A DNA stretch of 10,855 nucleotides. Source: Azolla caroliniana (taxonomy: Eukaryota > Plantae > Polypodiophyta). This document shows, in pieces, positions 6,581 through 10,855 of the stretch. The stretch is from contig JBHGNT010001219.1 in assembly GCA_043228905.1 (NCBI GenBank), positions 1 through 10,855 on the forward strand. Reading direction: 5' to 3'. The notes under the pieces were generated by a model. That model was not told the DNA's origin. It worked only from the letters and a program-made list of their open reading frames with translations, and made no database searches. The number at the start of each line of letters is the position of its first letter. The first letter of the stretch is position 1. A program made the position numbers and the translations under genes.

Positions 6581-9500
6581 ATGGAACAAGTTTTGAACGC
6601 AGTTGGAACGATCTCTCCAAATGAGACCTCTCAACCCCAATCCGCATCTCGCACACAAGCTGAGATCACTATTGAGCAATTGCTCACTACTACCTTGAAT
6701 CAATTGGCCGAAATGAGACAGGCCAATATGGCATTGGAAAAGAAATTCCAAGAATTAACTATTGAGTCCAAGAAAGAAGGTGAACCTTCCTTCGTAGTCA
6801 CGCCTTTCAAGGGAGATAAGAAAGAAAGAACCGAGGAGGCCATTAGCACTTGGCTTGGTCGTTGGGAGTCTCACTTTGAGCTTCATCCCAAGCCCGATGC
6901 AGTAAAAATTGGTTATGTCGGTCGTGAGTTAGGTCGCCGAGCTGCTGCTTGGTGGCATGGCCTAAGGACCGCAAAAAACTTACCCACAACTTGGGAAGGT
7001 TTCGTTGATGTTTTTAAGAAACAATTCTTGCAGCCACCTTCTCAAACCGAACAAGCGCAACACTTGCTCACATTGTCTAGTAAGCCATTTACCTCTCTCG
7101 AGGATTATGTGCATCACGCTCGGACCCAGATCCAAAAATCAGGACTTACGGGTGAGAAATGGTTTGTCGCTTGTTTTTTGAATGGTATTCCCAATGGGGA
7201 TTATCATTGGATTGTCCATGACAAGGACCCCACAACTTTCGAGGAAGCCGTCAACATTGTGCTGCGATACCATAGGACTTCCAAGAAAGACCACAATAAA
7301 CCTGAGTTCGCCAAAACTCCGAATGTCAAGTTCATTGGGAAACGTAAGCAATCCAGTGACACTCTTGACCGCGACTCAAAGAAACCGAACCTCTTCTGTG
7401 CATATTGCAAGAAGCGGGGCCACACAAAGGATACCTGTCGTCGTCTTGAGAGGAAGTCAATGAACACCCCTCCTCAAGACAAATCTACGAGTCACACAGG
7501 TGAGTCTTTTGATATTGTTGAAGTTCATACCAATCACTTAAGTTTATGTGAATGCACTTTTCCTTCACATTTACTTGGACCTAATGATTTACTCCGAGCA
7601 GTCGGATATATCAATGGAACACAAGCACATTTCTTGTTTGATTCCGGTAGTTCTCACAATTTTCTTAATGATCACTTTGTGCAGCAAATGGAGCTCCACA
7701 TAAACGCAAGTGATCATATCTATCAAGTTCACATGGCAAATGGAAACGTTCAATACATCAGTGGCATTGTTTGTCAACTGTCAATTCAAATAGATACTTA
7801 TTTGGAGAAGCTTGACTTTCATGTTATGAAATTACAATCCGCAGATGTCATTTTAGGATATCCTTGGTTTTTTAATAAAAACCCTTCTTTGTCCATTGAT
7901 TGGGTTAATCACTCAATCACATTTGAACTTAATAATTGTAAACATTTTATTCAATGTTCCAAACTTCCTTCTCATTCACTTGTGTCTTCTAAATCTTTAA
8001 GTGAGTATTCTAGTTCATTAATTTATTCGTGTGTAATTGATCCTGCGGTTCAATTTTATTATTTTAATATTGACGCCACACAATTACCACATTTTGAGCA
8101 ACGATTACTCGACTCTATTTTAGAGGATTTTCAAGATGTGTTTCCTACTGAATTACCGCTTACTTTACCACCTAAACGTAATGTGGACCATCAAATTGAA
8201 CTCATCCCTGGGGCTGCTCCTGTGAGCATTCCACCTTACCGACTTAGTCGATTAGAAGAGGATGAGATCGCTAAACAACTTAAGGAATACTTGAGTATGG
8301 GCCACATTAGGTATAGTAAATCACCTTGAGGTGCGCCAGTTCTATTAGTCAAGAAGAAGGAAGGTTCGTGGCGAATGTGTATCAATTATCGCCGTTTGAA
8401 TAAAATGACAATTAAGAATGCATATCCATTACCTCGTGCCGATGATTTGATTGATCGTTTGCACGGGGCTCGATATTTTACGAAAATTGACTTACGAACT
8501 GGTTATCATCAGATTCGCATCGCCGAGGATGATATTCCTAAAACCGCTTTTCGTACGCGCTATGGCCATTATGAATTTTTAGTCATGCCGTTTGGGTTGA
8601 CTAATGCTCCAGCCACATTCCAACAAGCGATGAATGATGTTTTCCAAGATCAACTTGGTGATTTTGTTGTCGTCTTCTTGGATGATATTTTGATATATAG
8701 CCGTACCTTGCAAGATCATGTTCAACATGTTCGATTTGTTTTGCGAAAGTTGCGTGACAACTCTTTCTATGCAAAACATTCAAAATGTGACTTCTTCCAA
8801 AAATCTATTGTGTACCTAGGTCATTTAATTACAGAAAATGGCGTTGAAATTGAACCTTCTCGTATTGAAAAGGTTAAACTTTGGCCCATTCCTCGTAATA
8901 TTCGTGAACTTAGATCATTCTTAGGGTTTGTTGGATTTTTACGAAAATCAATTCGTAACTATTCCAAATTGACTACGCCATTAACTGACCTTTTAAAAGG
9001 TCATCCACGTAAGTCTGTCAAACCAATTTCATGGAATGAACAACTTGACAAATCATTTGAGACACTCAAGGAGCATGTGTGTCAGGCTCCCACTCTTCTA
9101 TTACCAGACCCTTCTAAGCCTTTCTCAATTGAAACCGATGCTAGTGATTATGCTATTGGTGCCGTTCTTTATCAAGGTGGTCACCCTATTGCTTTTGAAA
9201 GTAAGAAGCTTGATGCTGCTCAATCTCGGTATTCGGTTCAAGAGAAAGAGTTGTTTGCGGTGATACACGCACTTAAAACATGGAGGCACTATCTCTATGG
9301 AAATAAATTTGTGGTTACAACAGACCATCAATCATTAAAGTATTTTTGTGACCAGCCCGATCTTGTTGGTCGTAAAGGCCGTTGGGCTGACCTTATGCAA
9401 GATTTTGATTTTTCCATACGATATCGCAAGGGTTCTATGAACACCGTTGCTGATGCTCTTAGTCGCATTAAAGAAGTTAACATGCTTAGCTTCACGGAAA

Positions 9501-10855
9501 TAAAATCTGATCTTTTAGATCACCTTCGAGGGAAATACCTTGATGACAGTTATTTCTCAAAATACTGGACGAAAGCCGAATCTGGTTTAGATGCCGATAC
9601 TAGCACCCTACCCTCGAAGGCGACCTTTCACATTACAAACGGTTTGCTCTACCGTAGTGGAAAGGTCTGTGTTCCAGATTTACCAAATGTTAAACAGAAA
9701 ATTTTTCATGAATGTCATGATGCACCATCTGTTGGTCATCCTGGAATACAACGCACACTCGTTCTCATCTCGTGTACTTTTTTCTGGCCTAAGATGCGCT
9801 CTGACGTGCATAAATACGTAACTCAATGCTTACAATGTCAGATTAATAAGTTGGAACGACTTAAAGCTGCTGGTCTTTTACATCCCTTAGATATTCCCAA
9901 CAATAAATGGGAAAGTATCTCGATGGATTTTATTGTTAATTTACCTCGTACACAGAGGGGTCATGATGCCATATGGGTTGTCGTTGACAGGCTAACAAAA
10001 TTAGCTAGATTTATTCCTACAAAAACCACGGTAACCGCTCAACAGTTGGCTTATCAATTTGTTGATGAGTTATTTCGTTTTTATGGATTACCGATGGATA
10101 TTGTTAGTGATCGAGATTCCAAGTTTACTAGTGACTTTTGGACTCAGGTCTTTAAGAAACTAGAAACTACGTTGAGCATGAGTTCCGCAGATCATCCTCA
10201 GTCTGATGGACAAACTGAACGAGTTAATCAAATTATTGAGGACATGCTTCGAGCTTATGTAGCAAAAACCCCTTCTAAGTGGGAGCAATACCTTCCTATC
10301 TTAGAATTTGCCTATAATAGCTCTAAACATACATCCACTGGATATAGTCCTTTTATGTTGATGTATGGTTTTCAGCCACGTGCCCCAGTTGATGTCACGA
10401 TTCATCGTGATACATTAGACAGTACACGCAATTTTTTGCAAGACATGAACCAAATGTTGCATATTGCCAAAGAAAATGTCAAGACAGCTCAAGATCGTGC
10501 TCGATTTTATGCTGATCAGGATAGACGTCCTCGTGCATTTACTATTGGTCAAAAAGTTTTTTTGCGTGTCCCGACTGATTCTACGTCATTATCTACGGGC
10601 AAGTGCGCTAAGTTAGCCCCACGATATTGTGGCCCATTTGAAATCCTTAAGCGAGTTGGGTCATCTGCTTATCACCTTGCCTTACCTCGTAACGTTGGTA
10701 TTCATCCTGTTTTTCACGTCAGTCGTCTAAAACCATTTTTAGGCTCTGGTGATAACACCATCACAATCCAAGATCTTGTAACATTAGAGGATTTTTCTTA
10801 CAAACCTCATGTTCCTGAACGAATTCTTGATTTTCGTACTAAACGTTTACGTTCT
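6581..10855 (+). pseudogene. gag-pol: Gypsy gag-pol polyprotein (Gag, CCHC, PR, RT, RNase H, integrase, chromodomain start), single frame with one nonsense codon
   Basis: CAYCKKRGHTKDTC 7397-7438; LFDSGSSHNF (D at 7640); SKSP*GAPVLLVKKKEGSWRMC with TGA at 8327-8329 replacing the conserved Trp; MPFGLTNAPATFQ; FLDD 8675-8686; ETDASDYAIGAVL; HECHD..GH...CLQC; SMDFI, SDRD, HPQSDGQTE; PRYCGPF; HPVFHVS; PERILDFRTKRLRS from ~10814. The frame stays open to the window end. Confidence 0.96.

Larger units (their letters stand above)
4344..10855 (+). mobile_element. Ty3/gypsy chromovirus LTR retrotransposon (element C); 3' end outside the window
   Basis: 5' LTR, PBS, long leader, gag-PR-RT-RH-INT order, GPF motif and chromodomain start; predicted TSD GAAGG (4339-4343). 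Confidence 0.95.

Noticed and set aside
6551-9821. Antisense and alternate-frame ORFs overlapping gypsy gag-pol
   Set aside because: Short shadow ORFs of a long coding frame with no independent motifs.

Overview
A plant-type eukaryotic stack of nested LTR retrotransposons; I see no host gene. (1) A decayed minus-strand Ty1/copia RT-RNase H (element A, 1-1709) is split inside RNase H by a 778-bp solo LTR (319-1096, TSD GTTGG). (2) A short unexplained interval (1710-2163) holds a tRNA-like A/B-box motif, a 28-bp tandem repeat and a probable orphan LTR fragment. (3) A second copy of the solo-LTR family (element B, Tnt1/Tto1-like copia) has a 5' LTR at 2164-2726, a tRNA-iMet PBS and gag-PR-INT with two premature stops. 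(4) Element B is cut inside its integrase at 4344 by a Ty3/gypsy chromovirus (element C): 471-bp 5' LTR, PBS, a 1.75-kb leader with 118-bp and 83-bp repeats, and a single gag-pol frame with one nonsense codon running off the window at the start of a chromodomain. The signals least explained by this annotation are a ~220-nt multibranch RNA fold just upstream of the gypsy gag AUG, a roughly 4-fold CCGG excess specific to family B, and the palindrome-rich family-B LTR. All structures and counts were read by eye and need computational confirmation.
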